Below, one piece after another: positions 41,427 to 52,088 of a stretch of DNA of 64,000 bases. The translations under genes were made by a program, and so were the position numbers. The notes beneath the pieces were generated by a model, which did no database searches, had not been told where the DNA came from, and saw only the letters and a list, made by a program, of their open reading frames with translations. The stretch is from positions 608,720 to 672,719 of the forward strand of contig CAVTBK010000001.1 of assembly GCA_963732935.1 (NCBI GenBank), given 5' to 3'. How positions within the stretch are numbered: the stretch's first letter is position 1; every line of letters starts with the position of its first letter. This DNA is from an uncultured Acidobacteriota bacterium. GTDB lineage: Bacteria > Acidobacteriota > Vicinamibacteria > Fen-336.

Positions 41427-42617
41427 CTAGCCCGGTTCCCCGGCGTCGATCCGGACGTGGCGGGCCGGACCCACGGAGAGCACGAAGGACTCGCCCGCGG
41501 CCAACACGAGCTCGGCGCCCGCGGCGAGCACCTCGCCGTCGCGACGCGCAGCGCGCTGCCGCAGCAGGCGCACCGCCTCGCCGTTCGACTTGGCGAGCCC
41601 GGCCGCCACCAGCAGCGCGTGCGGCTTATGCGCGCCAGGCGCGACGCGCAGCGCGCGCAGCTCGCTCGGCGCCTGGTGCTGCTGGTGCACGCGTCGCCAC
41701 TCCTCTTCCGCCCGGGCGGCCGCCTCCGCGCCGTGGAAGTCGGCGACGATGCGACGGCCGAGCGCCATCTTGGAGGCCATGGGGCGCGCCGCGGCCCGCT
41801 CGGCCGTTATCTCGTCGGGCGCGAGGTCCGTGAGCAGGGTGTAGTAGCGCCACATCAGCTCGTCCGAGATGCTCATCAGCTTGGCGTACGTCGTCTCGGG
41901 GGCCTCGGTCACGCCGATGTAGTTGCCCAGGCTCTTCGACATCTTCTCGACGCCGTCCGTCCCCTCCAAGAGCGGCGTCGTCAGCACGACCTGCGGCGGC
42001 AGGGCGTAGGCGGGCATGATGTCCCGGCCGACGTTGAGGTTGAAGAGCTGGTCCGTTCCCCCGAGCTCGACGTCCGCTTTCAGGGCGACCGAGTCGTAGG
42101 CCTGGGCGAGCGGGTACATGAACTCGTGGACGCCGATCGACTGCCCCGCTTCGAAGCGCTGGCGGAAGTCGCGCCGCTCGAGCATGCGCGCGACGTTGTA
42201 GGTCGCGGCCAGCCGCACGAAGCCCTCCGAGCCCAGGGCGCCCAGCCACTCGCTGTTGAAGCGGATCTCCGTCTTCTCCGGATGGAGGACCTTGAAGGCC
42301 TGTGTCTTGTAGGTCTCCGCGTTCCGCTCGATCTCCTCGCGCGTGAGCGGGGGCCGGGTCTTCGACTTCCCGGTCGGGTCGCCGATCATGCCCGTGAAGT
42401 CCCCGATCACGAAGACCACCCTGTGCCCCAGGTCCTGGAAGTGCCGCATCTTGCGCATCAGGACCGTGTGGCCGAGGTGGATGTCGGGGGCGGTGGGGTC
42501 GAAGCCGACCTTGACGGTCAAGGGGCGGCCGAGCGCGAGCTTCGCCTTGAGCGCGTCCGCGGTCACGACGTCGACCGCACCCTTGGTGAGATAGGCGAAG
42601 GCGTCCTGCGGGTTCAC
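41427..42617 (-). CDS. tyrS: Tyrosine--tRNA ligase
   Basis: GFDPTAPDIHLGH, GGTDQLFN and KMSKS motifs, C-terminal S4 domain; GTGA overlap with purN. Confidence 0.97.
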   Translation of the reverse strand: MNPQDAFAYLTKGAVDVVTADALKAKLALGRPLTVKVGFDPTAPDIHLGHTVLMRKMRHFQDLGHRVVFVIGDFTGMIGDPTGKSKTRPPLTREEIERNAETYKTQAFKVLHPEKTEIRFNSEWLGALGSEGFVRLAATYNVARMLERRDFRQRFEAGQSIGVHEFMYPLAQAYDSVALKADVELGGTDQLFNLNVGRDIMPAYALPPQVVLTTPLLEGTDGVEKMSKSLGNYIGVTEAPETTYAKLMSISDELMWRYYTLLTDLAPDEITAERAAARPMASKMALGRRIVADFHGAEAAARAEEEWRRVHQQHQAPSELRALRVAPGAHKPHALLVAAGLAKSNGEAVRLLRQRAARRDGEVLAAGAELVLAAGESFVLSVGPARHVRIDAGEPG

Positions 42618-43225
42618 TCTCCCTCCACGATCACACGGCGGCCCTCGATCCGACAGCGGCCCTCGAGCATGAGTCGCACCGCCCGCGGGTAGAGGCGATG
42701 CTCGGTTTTCAGGATGCGCGCCGAGAGGCTCTCCGCGCTGTCGGTCGCCAACACGGGCACGGCCTCCTGGAGCAGGATCGGGCCCGAGTCGAGCCCCTCG
42801 TCGACGAGGTGCACGGTGGCGCCGCTGACTTTCGCGCCGTAGTCGAGCGCCTGCTTCTGGGCGTCCAGGCCCGGGAAGGCCGGCAGCAGGGCGGGGTGGA
42901 TGTTCAGGACCCGCCCCGGGAACGCCTGCACGAAGAGCGGCGAAAGCAGACGCATGTAGCCGGCCAGGCACACGAGCGAGACGTCGGCACCCCGCAGGAT
43001 CCCGACGATCTCCGCGTCGAACTCCTCGCGCTTCTTGCCCCGGTGGTCGCGGAAGACGGTCGGGATGCCGGCCGCGCTCGCCCGCTCGAGGGCAGGGGCG
43101 GTCGCGACGTTCGACACCACGAGCGCGATCTCGCCGCCCAGCTCGCCCCGTTGCTGGGCGTCGATCAGGGCCTGCAGGTTCGATCCGCGGCCGCTCACGA
43201 GCACGGCGAGCTTCTGGGTCGCCAT
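42614..43225 (-). CDS. purN: Phosphoribosylglycinamide formyltransferase
   Basis: SGRGSNLQA, LAGYMR, NIHPALLP and DSGPI motifs. Confidence 0.96.
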   Translation of the reverse strand: MATQKLAVLVSGRGSNLQALIDAQQRGELGGEIALVVSNVATAPALERASAAGIPTVFRDHRGKKREEFDAEIVGILRGADVSLVCLAGYMRLLSPLFVQAFPGRVLNIHPALLPAFPGLDAQKQALDYGAKVSGATVHLVDEGLDSGPILLQEAVPVLATDSAESLSARILKTEHRLYPRAVRLMLEGRCRIEGRRVIVEGE

Positions 43226-43235
43226 GGCAGGCCGC

Positions 43236-44255
43236 TCAGTCCTCGTAGAGGACGCCCGAGCCGGCCGCCACCGACCCGATCACGTAGCTCGTCTCGCCCC
43301 GCCGCTCGAGGGAGTGCTCGACCTCGTGCAGGTCGCCGGGGGCGACGACCAGGATCATGCCGATCCCCATGTTGAAGGTGCGGTACATCTCCTCATCGGG
43401 AACCTCGCCGCCCTTCTGGATCAGGCGGAAGAGGGGCGGCACGTTCCAGGCGCTGCGCCGCACCCGGGCGCCGAGCCCCTTCGGCAGCACGCGTGGGATG
43501 TTGCCGGGGAAGCCTCCGCCGGTGACGTGCACGAGAGCGCGGATCTTGTCGCGCTCGAGCAGCGGCTCGAGGGCCGCGAGGTAGCAGCGGTGGGGGGCGA
43601 GCAGGGCCCGGCCGACCGTGGTGCCCAGCTCGTCGATCGCGGTCTCGACGCCGTGCCCGAGGGTCTCGAAGAGCACCTTGCGAGCGAGGGAATAGCCGTT
43701 CGTGTGGAGGCCCTCGGAGGGCAGCCCCAGCAGCAGGTCGCCCTCCGCGACGCCGCGCGGCAGCGCCTTCTCCTTCTCCAGTATCCCGACGATGAAGCCC
43801 GCCAGATCGTAGTCGTCCTCGGCGTAGGTGCCCGGCATCTCGGCCGTCTCGCCCCCGATCAGCGGACAGCCGAGCTCGCGGCAGGCGCGCGAGAAGCCGG
43901 ACACGATCTGCTCGACCTTGGCTGGGTCCATCCGGCCGAGCGCGACGTAGTCGAGAAAGAAGAGAGGCAGGGCGCCCTGGACCAGGATGTCGTCGACGCA
44001 GTGGGCGACGAGGTCGTAGCCCACTGTGTCGTGTACGCCGGCCGCGATGGCGACCTTGATCTTGGTCCCGACTCCGTCCGTCGAGGCGACCAGCACCGGC
44101 TCGCGGTACCTCTCCAGGTCCGGGCGGAACATCCCCCCGAACGAGCCGATCTCCGTGAGCACCGAGGGGTTGAAGGTCGCCCGCGCCAGCGCCTTGATCC
44201 GGCCCTTGGCCGCCTCGGCGGCGGGGATGTCGACTCCGGCCTGACGGTAGTCCAT
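43236..44255 (-). CDS. purM: Phosphoribosylformylglycinamidine cyclo-ligase
   Basis: YRQAGVD, STDGVGTK, GGETAEMPG, GLHTNGYSL, HVTGGG and TFNMGIGM motifs. Confidence 0.97.
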   Translation of the reverse strand: MDYRQAGVDIPAAEAAKGRIKALARATFNPSVLTEIGSFGGMFRPDLERYREPVLVASTDGVGTKIKVAIAAGVHDTVGYDLVAHCVDDILVQGALPLFFLDYVALGRMDPAKVEQIVSGFSRACRELGCPLIGGETAEMPGTYAEDDYDLAGFIVGILEKEKALPRGVAEGDLLLGLPSEGLHTNGYSLARKVLFETLGHGVETAIDELGTTVGRALLAPHRCYLAALEPLLERDKIRALVHVTGGGFPGNIPRVLPKGLGARVRRSAWNVPPLFRLIQKGGEVPDEEMYRTFNMGIGMILVVAPGDLHEVEHSLERRGETSYVIGSVAAGSGVLYED

Positions 44256-44379
44256 GGGAAGGGGGAGTCTATCGCGAAACCGGGCCTCGCCAGCAGGCCG
44301 GCCGCGACGTCGACCCCCGGCCGGCACGAGCCGAATGAACCGTCGCCGGCGAGGTTAAGATGCGCAAGGGGAGGTGATC

Positions 44380-44535
44380 ATGAGTCGCTGTCCGGAGTGC
44401 GATTCGGACCTCGAGCTCGACGGCTACGACGTCGACATCGGCGAGACGGTCCACTGCCCCGAGTGCTCGATCGAGCTCAAGGTGACGGCGCTCGACCCGG
44501 TCGGGGTGACGCTGGCGGAGGAGGACGAAGGTTAG
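44380..44535 (+). CDS. LysW-like acidic zinc-ribbon mini-protein (51 aa; absent from the ORF track)
   Basis: MSRCPECDSDLELDGYDVDIGETVHCPECSIELKVTALDPVGVTLAEEDEG; two CPEC motifs, strong SD GGGGAGGTGA, upstream TAAGAT -10 box. Confidence 0.85.
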   Translation: MSRCPECDSDLELDGYDVDIGETVHCPECSIELKVTALDPVGVTLAEEDEG

Positions 44536-44546
44536 CCGGAGCGGGC

Positions 44547-44891
44547 TCAGGATCCCGCGAAGGAGCGAACGGCGTCGGCCTCCTCGTCGTAGGTCTCGAA
44601 GGTGGGCAGCAGGCGCGCCATGTCGAGGGTGCTGTAGACGCGTTCGCCCAGGTTCAGGAGCTTGAGCTCGGCGCCGAAGCGGCGCGCGGTCTTGAGCCCC
44701 GCTACCAGCTCACCGATGCCGGCCGAGTCGACGAAGGCGACCTCCGAGAGGTTGAGCAGGATCTTCTTGCGATTCTCGGCCAGCAGCTCGTCGATCGCAT
44801 CGCGCAGGATCTGGTCGCCCAGACCTGCCGTGAGGCGGCCTCTGAGGTCGAGGATCATGACGTCCTGGATCTGACGGACTTCGACGTGCAT
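44547..44891 (-). CDS. STAS-domain anti-sigma-factor antagonist
   Basis: ILDLRGRL, ILLNLSEVAFVDSAGIGEL and LKLLNL motifs. Confidence 0.92.
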   Translation of the reverse strand: MHVEVRQIQDVMILDLRGRLTAGLGDQILRDAIDELLAENRKKILLNLSEVAFVDSAGIGELVAGLKTARRFGAELKLLNLGERVYSTLDMARLLPTFETYDEEADAVRSFAGS

Positions 44892-44918
44892 GGTGCCTCC
44901 GGCTCCTCCCTCCGGCTG

Positions 44919-46841
44919 TTACTGCTCTCCGATGGCGCGCTGGTACGCCTTCGGATTGCGCGTGATCTGATAGCGATCGCGCGCGTCGTTCAGAAAGGCC
45001 CGGAAGAGCTCCTGGCGCATCTGCTCGCGAAGCGTGGCGGCGACCTGAGGTCGCTCGCGGGCGAGCTCGGCCGCGTCGGCGACCTTGCGCTCGAGCACCT
45101 GCAGCACGGCCCAGCCCGAGGAGGTCCGCACCGGCTCGCTGAGCGCCTGCTCCGGGAGCGAGAAGGCGACCTGGTCCAGCTCGAGGCCGCTGCCCAGCTC
45201 CCCGAGCGGCTGGCCCCGGCCGGTCAGCTGCGGCGTCTCCTTGCGCAGGAGGCCCGCCGCGGCGGCGGCCTTCTCGAGGCCGGCTCTCTCGGCCTTGGTC
45301 CTGACGGTCGCGACCAGCGCGCGGGCCTCGGCGAAGGCCGTCTCCTCGACGATGTCGTCACGGACCTTGTCGTGCACCTCCGCGAGTGTCGGCAGGTGTG
45401 CGGGCAGGACCTGGTCGAGGGAGAAAAACGCCGCGCCCTGCGGCAGCGGATAGGCTTCCTTCTCGGCCTCCCCCGGCTTGAGCGCGAAAGCGCGCGCGAC
45501 GATCAGGGGCGAGGAGAGCGCCGGGGGGGTCTCGGAGCGGGCGAACGGCGCGCTCTTCTTGACGCTCAGCCCCTGGGCCTGGGCGGCCTCGGCCAGGGAC
45601 TTGTCGTGGCGGAGCGCGTCGCTGATCCCCTGCGCCTTCTGGTCGCCGAGCTCGCCCATCTTGCGCTCCAGGACGCTCTGGCGGATGCGCTCCTTCACCT
45701 GCGCGAGCGGGAGGACGGACGAGGGCTTGTACGACTCGAGGCGGATGATGTGATAGCCGAAGGACGTCTTCACGAGCCCCGAGGTCTCGCCCGGCTGCAG
45801 GCCGAAGACCGCGTCGTCGAACTCCCGCACCATCCGGCCCGGCGGGAAGCAGCCCAGGTCGCCCCCGTTCTGCGCGGAGCCCGGGTCCTCGGAGGACTTG
45901 CGGGCGATCGCCGCGAAGTCGCCGCCGGCGTTCACCTCGTCGAGCAGCCGCTGCGCGATCTGTCGCGCCTCGGCGTCGGAGTGACCTTCCCCCTTGTCGT
46001 CCTGCTTCACCTTCACCAGGATGTGCCGGGCGCATGCCTCCTCCTCCTGGCGGAAGTCCTCGCGGTGGTCCTGGTAGTAGCTCTCGATGTCGCGGGGCGT
46101 GACGGCGACCAGGGGCCGCAGCGCGTCGCGGTCCAGGAGTACGTAGGAGACGACCCGCTTCTCGGGGACCCGGTACGAGTCCTTGCGGGCCTCGAAGCGG
46201 GCCTGGATCTGCTCTTCGGTCGGCTGGACGCCGGCACGAAAGCGCGCCGCGTCGGCCTGAACGTAGGCGAGCTTGACCTGCTGGGTCCGGCGCGCGAGCT
46301 CGCGGTCGACCTCGGCGGGACTCGGCTCGGCCACCGATCCGACCAGGTCCTGCAGGCGCTGGCGCAGCAGCTGCCGGCGTTCCGTCTCGGCCAGCTGCTC
46401 CTCCGTGATGCCCTGCAGATCCAGCCGCCGGCGGACCTCCGCGCTGCCGATGTAGCGCCCATCGTCCTGGAAGTCCGGCGAGTTCACGATCGCCTGGGCG
46501 ATCGCGGCGTCGGAGACGGTGACGCCGAGACGCTTCGCCTCCTGCTCGACCAGCCGGTCGCTCACCAGGGACTCGAGGGTCATCTGCTGGATCTGGCGCA
46601 GCATGGGCTCCTCGAGCCGTCCCTGATAGAGCCGGTCGTACCGCTGGCGCAGCCGGTAGTAGTCGCGCTGGAACTCGCCGACCGAGATCGCCTCCTTGCC
46701 GACGGTCACGACCGTCTCGCCGGGCGTTCCGCTGTCCTGCTTCTGGAAGGCCGGGATGTAGAGGATGATGAAAGCGGCGATGACGAGCCAGAGGAAGACG
46801 TAGAGCCAGCGGCGGTGCCGGCGCATCAGTGCGAGAGCCAT
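44919..46841 (-). CDS. ppiD: PpiD-like membrane-anchored peptidyl-prolyl isomerase
   Basis: N-terminal TM, SurA_N-like region, parvulin motif ARHILVK...SEDPGSAQNGGDLG...FGYHII. Confidence 0.88.
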   Translation of the reverse strand: MALALMRRHRRWLYVFLWLVIAAFIILYIPAFQKQDSGTPGETVVTVGKEAISVGEFQRDYYRLRQRYDRLYQGRLEEPMLRQIQQMTLESLVSDRLVEQEAKRLGVTVSDAAIAQAIVNSPDFQDDGRYIGSAEVRRRLDLQGITEEQLAETERRQLLRQRLQDLVGSVAEPSPAEVDRELARRTQQVKLAYVQADAARFRAGVQPTEEQIQARFEARKDSYRVPEKRVVSYVLLDRDALRPLVAVTPRDIESYYQDHREDFRQEEEACARHILVKVKQDDKGEGHSDAEARQIAQRLLDEVNAGGDFAAIARKSSEDPGSAQNGGDLGCFPPGRMVREFDDAVFGLQPGETSGLVKTSFGYHIIRLESYKPSSVLPLAQVKERIRQSVLERKMGELGDQKAQGISDALRHDKSLAEAAQAQGLSVKKSAPFARSETPPALSSPLIVARAFALKPGEAEKEAYPLPQGAAFFSLDQVLPAHLPTLAEVHDKVRDDIVEETAFAEARALVATVRTKAERAGLEKAAAAAGLLRKETPQLTGRGQPLGELGSGLELDQVAFSLPEQALSEPVRTSSGWAVLQVLERKVADAAELARERPQVAATLREQMRQELFRAFLNDARDRYQITRNPKAYQRAIGEQ

Positions 46842-47025
46842 GGTGTCTCCGTTCGCTGCGCGGCGCCTTCCTCGGGACGGAAGAGCAACCTTCGCAAAGT
46901 GGCGATTCTATGCCCCCGCCTTGGGGCCCGCAAGCGCCCGCGGGCGCCGCTTTCGGACGCGGCGGGACTTGATCTATACTGCCGGGTCCGTCTAAGTGAC
47001 GCGGGCTCAGGGGATTTTGGCCTCG

Positions 47026-48258
47026 ATGGCAGGGAACGACACGCAGCGCCCCCGAAGCTCCGACGATCGGCTGGAGTGGTTCACCGTACGCTACCGCTCA
47101 CTCGCGATCGCCGCCTTTGTCGTCCTGTTGGTGGCGTTTGCCTGGCTACTGCTCGGACGGCGACCGCCGCCACCGCCACCGCCGCCTTCGCTGGTCGAGA
47201 CCGGGGCCCGCTTCGTCTCCCTGGACGGCAGCGTCGAGGTGAAGCGAGCGAGCACGCTCGAGTGGCTGCCGGCCGCGCGCGCCATGGTCCTGCGGCAGAA
47301 CGATCTCGTCCGCACGCGCTCAGGGGGCACGGCGGAGATCCGCTTCGCGGACGGGACGGTCTTCAACGTGCGGCCCGACAGCTTGATTACGATCGAGGAG
47401 AGCTCCCAGAACCCGGTCTCGCTGCAGAAGCGGGTCGCGCTCACGATCCAGTCCGGGGAGGCGAACTTCACGACCGGGCGTGGGGCGGGCAACAGCACCA
47501 CCATTTCGACGCCGACCGTTCGCACCACGGTGCAGCGTGAGACCGCGGGCAACATGCAGGTGGCCGAGAGCGGCGAGACCGGCCTGCGCATCTTCCGCGG
47601 CGTCGGCGAGGCGGAGACCAAACGCGGCCAGAGGATCGCCCTGGGCACGAACGAGGGCCTGCGCATCGACGCCGCCGGCGCGGCCGGGCCCAAGACGGCC
47701 CTGCCGGTCGTCCCCCAGCTCACCGCGCCCCCGAACCAGGCCGAGACCACCTTCCCGGACCTGGCGCGGGGCGTGACGCTGCTGCTCTGGAACACGGTCC
47801 CCGGGGCGAACAGCTACCGCGTGATGGTCGACTACAGCGCGAGCTTCGCGCGCCCGCTCTACGACCGCCAGGGCCAGCACGGCACGCAGATGGAGCTGCG
47901 CGGCCTCGACGCGGGTAGCTACTATTGGAAGGTCGCGGCGGTCGACGCGAAAGGGGTGGAGGGCGGCTTCTCGGACGTGTGGCGCTTCACCCTCAGCAAG
48001 GCGCCCCCCGGCACCGCTCCGCCGCCGCTCAGCCTCGACGCGCTCGAGCTGAAGGGCAACGTGCTCCACGTGCGCGGGCGCACCGAGCCGGGCGCCAGCC
48101 TGGTCCTCAACGGCGAGCCGCTCGAGGTCCAACCTGACGGCAGCTTCAACGAGTTCCTGACCTTCGACATCTCTTCCGGCTCGAACGCTCTCCTGCGCTC
48201 GACCGGTCCGCAGGGCGGCGTCGCCGAGCTCCGGCGCCGCGTGACGGTCGTGGACTGA
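47026..48258 (+). CDS. Membrane-anchored FecR-domain protein with FN3/Ig-like C-terminal domains
   Basis: TM, poly-Pro, GSVEVKR...DLVRT...AEIRFADGT, GSYYWKVAAVD and GRTEPGASL motifs. Confidence 0.78.
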   Translation: MAGNDTQRPRSSDDRLEWFTVRYRSLAIAAFVVLLVAFAWLLLGRRPPPPPPPPSLVETGARFVSLDGSVEVKRASTLEWLPAARAMVLRQNDLVRTRSGGTAEIRFADGTVFNVRPDSLITIEESSQNPVSLQKRVALTIQSGEANFTTGRGAGNSTTISTPTVRTTVQRETAGNMQVAESGETGLRIFRGVGEAETKRGQRIALGTNEGLRIDAAGAAGPKTALPVVPQLTAPPNQAETTFPDLARGVTLLLWNTVPGANSYRVMVDYSASFARPLYDRQGQHGTQMELRGLDAGSYYWKVAAVDAKGVEGGFSDVWRFTLSKAPPGTAPPPLSLDALELKGNVLHVRGRTEPGASLVLNGEPLEVQPDGSFNEFLTFDISSGSNALLRSTGPQGGVAELRRRVTVVD

Positions 48259-48269
48259 GGTCGCCCAGA

Positions 48270-49664
48270 GTGACGCGCGTGGCCGTGTTCGGAGGGTCGC
48301 CACTGAGGCGGCGCCTGCGCGAGGTTTCTGGCGGGACGCTCGCCTACGAGTTCCTCGCCGCGCCCGGCGCCAACGGCGCCCGTCCGCTCGACCCCGCGCG
48401 GTTCCAGGGGGCTCTGGTCGAGGTCACGAACGAGACGCCCGCCCGCCTGGTGAGGGCCGTGCGCCGGGCGCTGCCGGGGCGGCCGGTCGGCGGGCTGCTG
48501 CTCTCCCCGGACGCCCCGGCGCTGCGCCGGCTCGCGGCGCTCGAGCTCGACTTCGTGCTGGAGGCCTGGCACGCGTCGGACCCGCCCGCCGCCGCCGTGC
48601 TCGCGCATCTCGCGAGCTGCCGGCGCCGGAGCCGCCCGCGCGGGCCGATGCTGCAGACCTCGGCCAAGCGCCTGGCCATCCTCACCGACGTCGTGAAGAC
48701 CGCCAACTCGATCCTGGAGCCGCGCAAGGTGATCGAGCTGGTGATGGAGAAGATCCGCCACCTGATCCCCTCCGAGGCCTGGTCGCTGCTGATGGTCGAC
48801 GAGGACAAGAAGGAGCTGGTGTTCGAGGCCGCGCTCGGGGCTCGGGGGCGCGACGTGTCTTCCTTCCGGCTCAAGATCGGCGAGGGTGTCGCGGGCTGGG
48901 TGGCGCAGTCGGGCAAGCCCGCGATCGTGAACGACGTCGCGCGCGACCCGCGCTTCACGAGCCGCGTCGACGCCCGCACCCAGTTCGAGACCCGTTCCAT
49001 CCTGTGCGCGCCCCTCGTCTCCCGGGGCCGGACCATCGGCGTCCTGGAGATCCTCAACAAGCTGGGGGGACGCTTCACCCGCGCCGACCTCGGCCTGGTG
49101 CTGACCCTGGTCGAGCCGTGCGCGATCGCGATCGAGAACGCGATCCTGTTCCAGCGCACCGAGCAGCTCACCATCACCGACGACCTGACGCGTCTCTTCA
49201 ACTCGCGCTACCTGAACCTCTATCTCGGTCGCGAGATCAAGCGCTGCAAGCGTCACGGCATCCCGCTCTCGGTGATCTTCCTGGACCTGGACGGGTTCAA
49301 GAACATCAACGACCAGTTCGGCCATCTGGCCGGCTCGGGAACCCTCACCGAGGTGGGCGGGATCCTGGCCCTGGGCGTGCGCGAGTCCGACATCATCGCC
49401 CGCTACGGCGGCGACGAGTTCGTGGTGGTGCTCCCCGAAACGCCGGCCTCCGGGGCGCTGGTGATCGCGGAGCGCCTCCGGCGCGCGGTCGAGGAACACC
49501 GCTTCCTGGAGGCGCAAGGCATCTCGGCGCGCATCTCGGCCTCGTTCGGGATCGCCACCTACCCCGATCACGCGCTCTCACCCGAGGGGCTCATCCAGAA
49601 GGCCGACCAGGCCATGTACCGGGTGAAGGAGCGGGAGAAGAACGGCATCGAGGTGGCGAGCTAG
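48270..49664 (+). CDS. GAF-GGDEF diguanylate cyclase
   Basis: GAF domain (GEGVAGWV, DPRF, SILCAPL); DDLTRLFN, DLDGFK.IND, RESD I-site and RYGGDEF motifs. Confidence 0.93.
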   Translation: MTRVAVFGGSPLRRRLREVSGGTLAYEFLAAPGANGARPLDPARFQGALVEVTNETPARLVRAVRRALPGRPVGGLLLSPDAPALRRLAALELDFVLEAWHASDPPAAAVLAHLASCRRRSRPRGPMLQTSAKRLAILTDVVKTANSILEPRKVIELVMEKIRHLIPSEAWSLLMVDEDKKELVFEAALGARGRDVSSFRLKIGEGVAGWVAQSGKPAIVNDVARDPRFTSRVDARTQFETRSILCAPLVSRGRTIGVLEILNKLGGRFTRADLGLVLTLVEPCAIAIENAILFQRTEQLTITDDLTRLFNSRYLNLYLGREIKRCKRHGIPLSVIFLDLDGFKNINDQFGHLAGSGTLTEVGGILALGVRESDIIARYGGDEFVVVLPETPASGALVIAERLRRAVEEHRFLEAQGISARISASFGIATYPDHALSPEGLIQKADQAMYRVKEREKNGIEVAS

Positions 49665-49696
49665 CCGCCGCCTTTCGGTCAGGAGAAGACAAAGCC

Positions 49697-50727
<1,031 letters not shown>

Positions 50728-50742
50728 ACGCGAGAGACTGCG

Positions 50743-51606
50743 ATGTCAATGGTCGTTTCCGCGGGCCGGGGCCGCCTGATCCTGCTCGGGCTGGTCCTCC
50801 TGCACCTGGCGGCGATCAGCCACCAGGTCGACGGTGGCGGGGGCGTCTCGCTCCTGCAGCGCCTCGTGCTCACGGTGCTGACGCCCTTCCAGGACGGCTT
50901 CGAGGCGGTGGTGGGCGGGGTCGCCGAGGTCTGGCGCGGCTACGGCTTCCATCGCGAGACCTACCGGCAGAACCGCCGGCTGGTCGAGCGCGTGCGTGAG
51001 CTCGAGGTGCAGCTGGAGGCCCAGTCGCATCGCGCCGAGGAGACCCGGCGCTTGCGCGAGCTGCTGGATCTGCGCCGGGTGCTACCGCTCGACACGCTCC
51101 CGGCGCAGGTGGTGGCCCGGGAGGGCGTGCCCTGGTTCCGCTCGCTCACCATCGATCGTGGCGAGGCGGACGGCGTCTCTCTCGACGCCCCGATCCTTAG
51201 CGCGACCGGGGTGGTGGGACGGGTGTTCGCGGTCGGACCCCACGCGGCGCGCGTGCAGGTGCTGCTCGATCACGACAGCGGGGCCGGGGTCCTGCTCGAG
51301 AGGAGCCGCGTCCAGGGTGTGGTCGCCGGCCAGGTCGCCGGACCCGGCAGCGGCGAGGGCGACCTGCTGCTGAAGTACGTGCCCGACCGGGCCGACGTCG
51401 TGGTCGGCGACCTGGTGCTGACCTCCGGCACGGACCGCATCTATCCCAAGGGGCTCGTGGTCGGCCGCGTCCGTTCGGTCGGGAAAGGGTCGGGGCTGTT
51501 CCGTGACATCCGCGTCGAGCCTTCGGCGCGCTTCGACCGCCTCGAGGAGGTGCTCGTGGTGAGGCGTGCCCATGCGTCGCTCGAGACGCCGCGCTCGGTG
51601 CAATGA
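50743..51606 (+). CDS. mreC: Rod shape-determining protein MreC
   Basis: TM plus coiled coil; TIDRG, GVVGRV and TSG.D.IYPKGL motifs. Confidence 0.92.
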   Translation: MSMVVSAGRGRLILLGLVLLHLAAISHQVDGGGGVSLLQRLVLTVLTPFQDGFEAVVGGVAEVWRGYGFHRETYRQNRRLVERVRELEVQLEAQSHRAEETRRLRELLDLRRVLPLDTLPAQVVAREGVPWFRSLTIDRGEADGVSLDAPILSATGVVGRVFAVGPHAARVQVLLDHDSGAGVLLERSRVQGVVAGQVAGPGSGEGDLLLKYVPDRADVVVGDLVLTSGTDRIYPKGLVVGRVRSVGKGSGLFRDIRVEPSARFDRLEEVLVVRRAHASLETPRSVQ

Positions 51607-52088
51607 AGCCATTCTTCTGGACGGGTATTGCCGTCTTCGCGGCGGTCCTCCTGGAGACGGGACTCGGCTATCTGGTGGCGACGCCGGGACGCCTCTTCGA
51701 TCCGTTCCTGCTCGTGGTCGTCTTCTGCGCGCTCATCGGCGGCGAGACGCACGGAATGCTCGCGGGTGTCGCCGCCGGCTGGGTGCAGGACATCCTGTTC
51801 GGCGGGCGGGTGCTGGGGCTGTCGGCGCTCTCGAAGCTGATCGTCGGCTTCTGCGTCGGCCTGGCGGGCCGGCGCTTCCTGATCTCCACCACCGCCGCCC
51901 GCGCGCTCACCCTGTTCATTGCGACGCTCGCCGACGGGCTGATCGTCCCCTGGCTGGCCTCCATCTTCTCGCTCGAGCTGGGTTCGCTCGGGATGCTGAC
52001 CCTGCTGCTCCGGGCCACGATCCACGCCCTGGCCGGCGCGGTGCTGCTCGCCTTCGTCGAGGCGCGGGTCGAGAGGGCGCGGGCGTGA
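51603..52088 (+). CDS. mreD: Rod shape-determining protein MreD
   Basis: Small multi-TM protein with GWVQD motif, between mreC and mrdA. Confidence 0.85.
   Translation: MKPFFWTGIAVFAAVLLETGLGYLVATPGRLFDPFLLVVVFCALIGGETHGMLAGVAAGWVQDILFGGRVLGLSALSKLIVGFCVGLAGRRFLISTTAARALTLFIATLADGLIVPWLASIFSLELGSLGMLTLLLRATIHALAGAVLLAFVEARVERARA

Noticed and set aside
43035-47540. 1501-aa plus-strand ORF and other very long antisense ORFs (5508-8414, 29276-31480, 51668-55159, 60057-63143)
   Set aside because: These are shadows of real genes on the opposite strand. High GC3 removes antisense stop codons, and the translations have no recognisable motifs.
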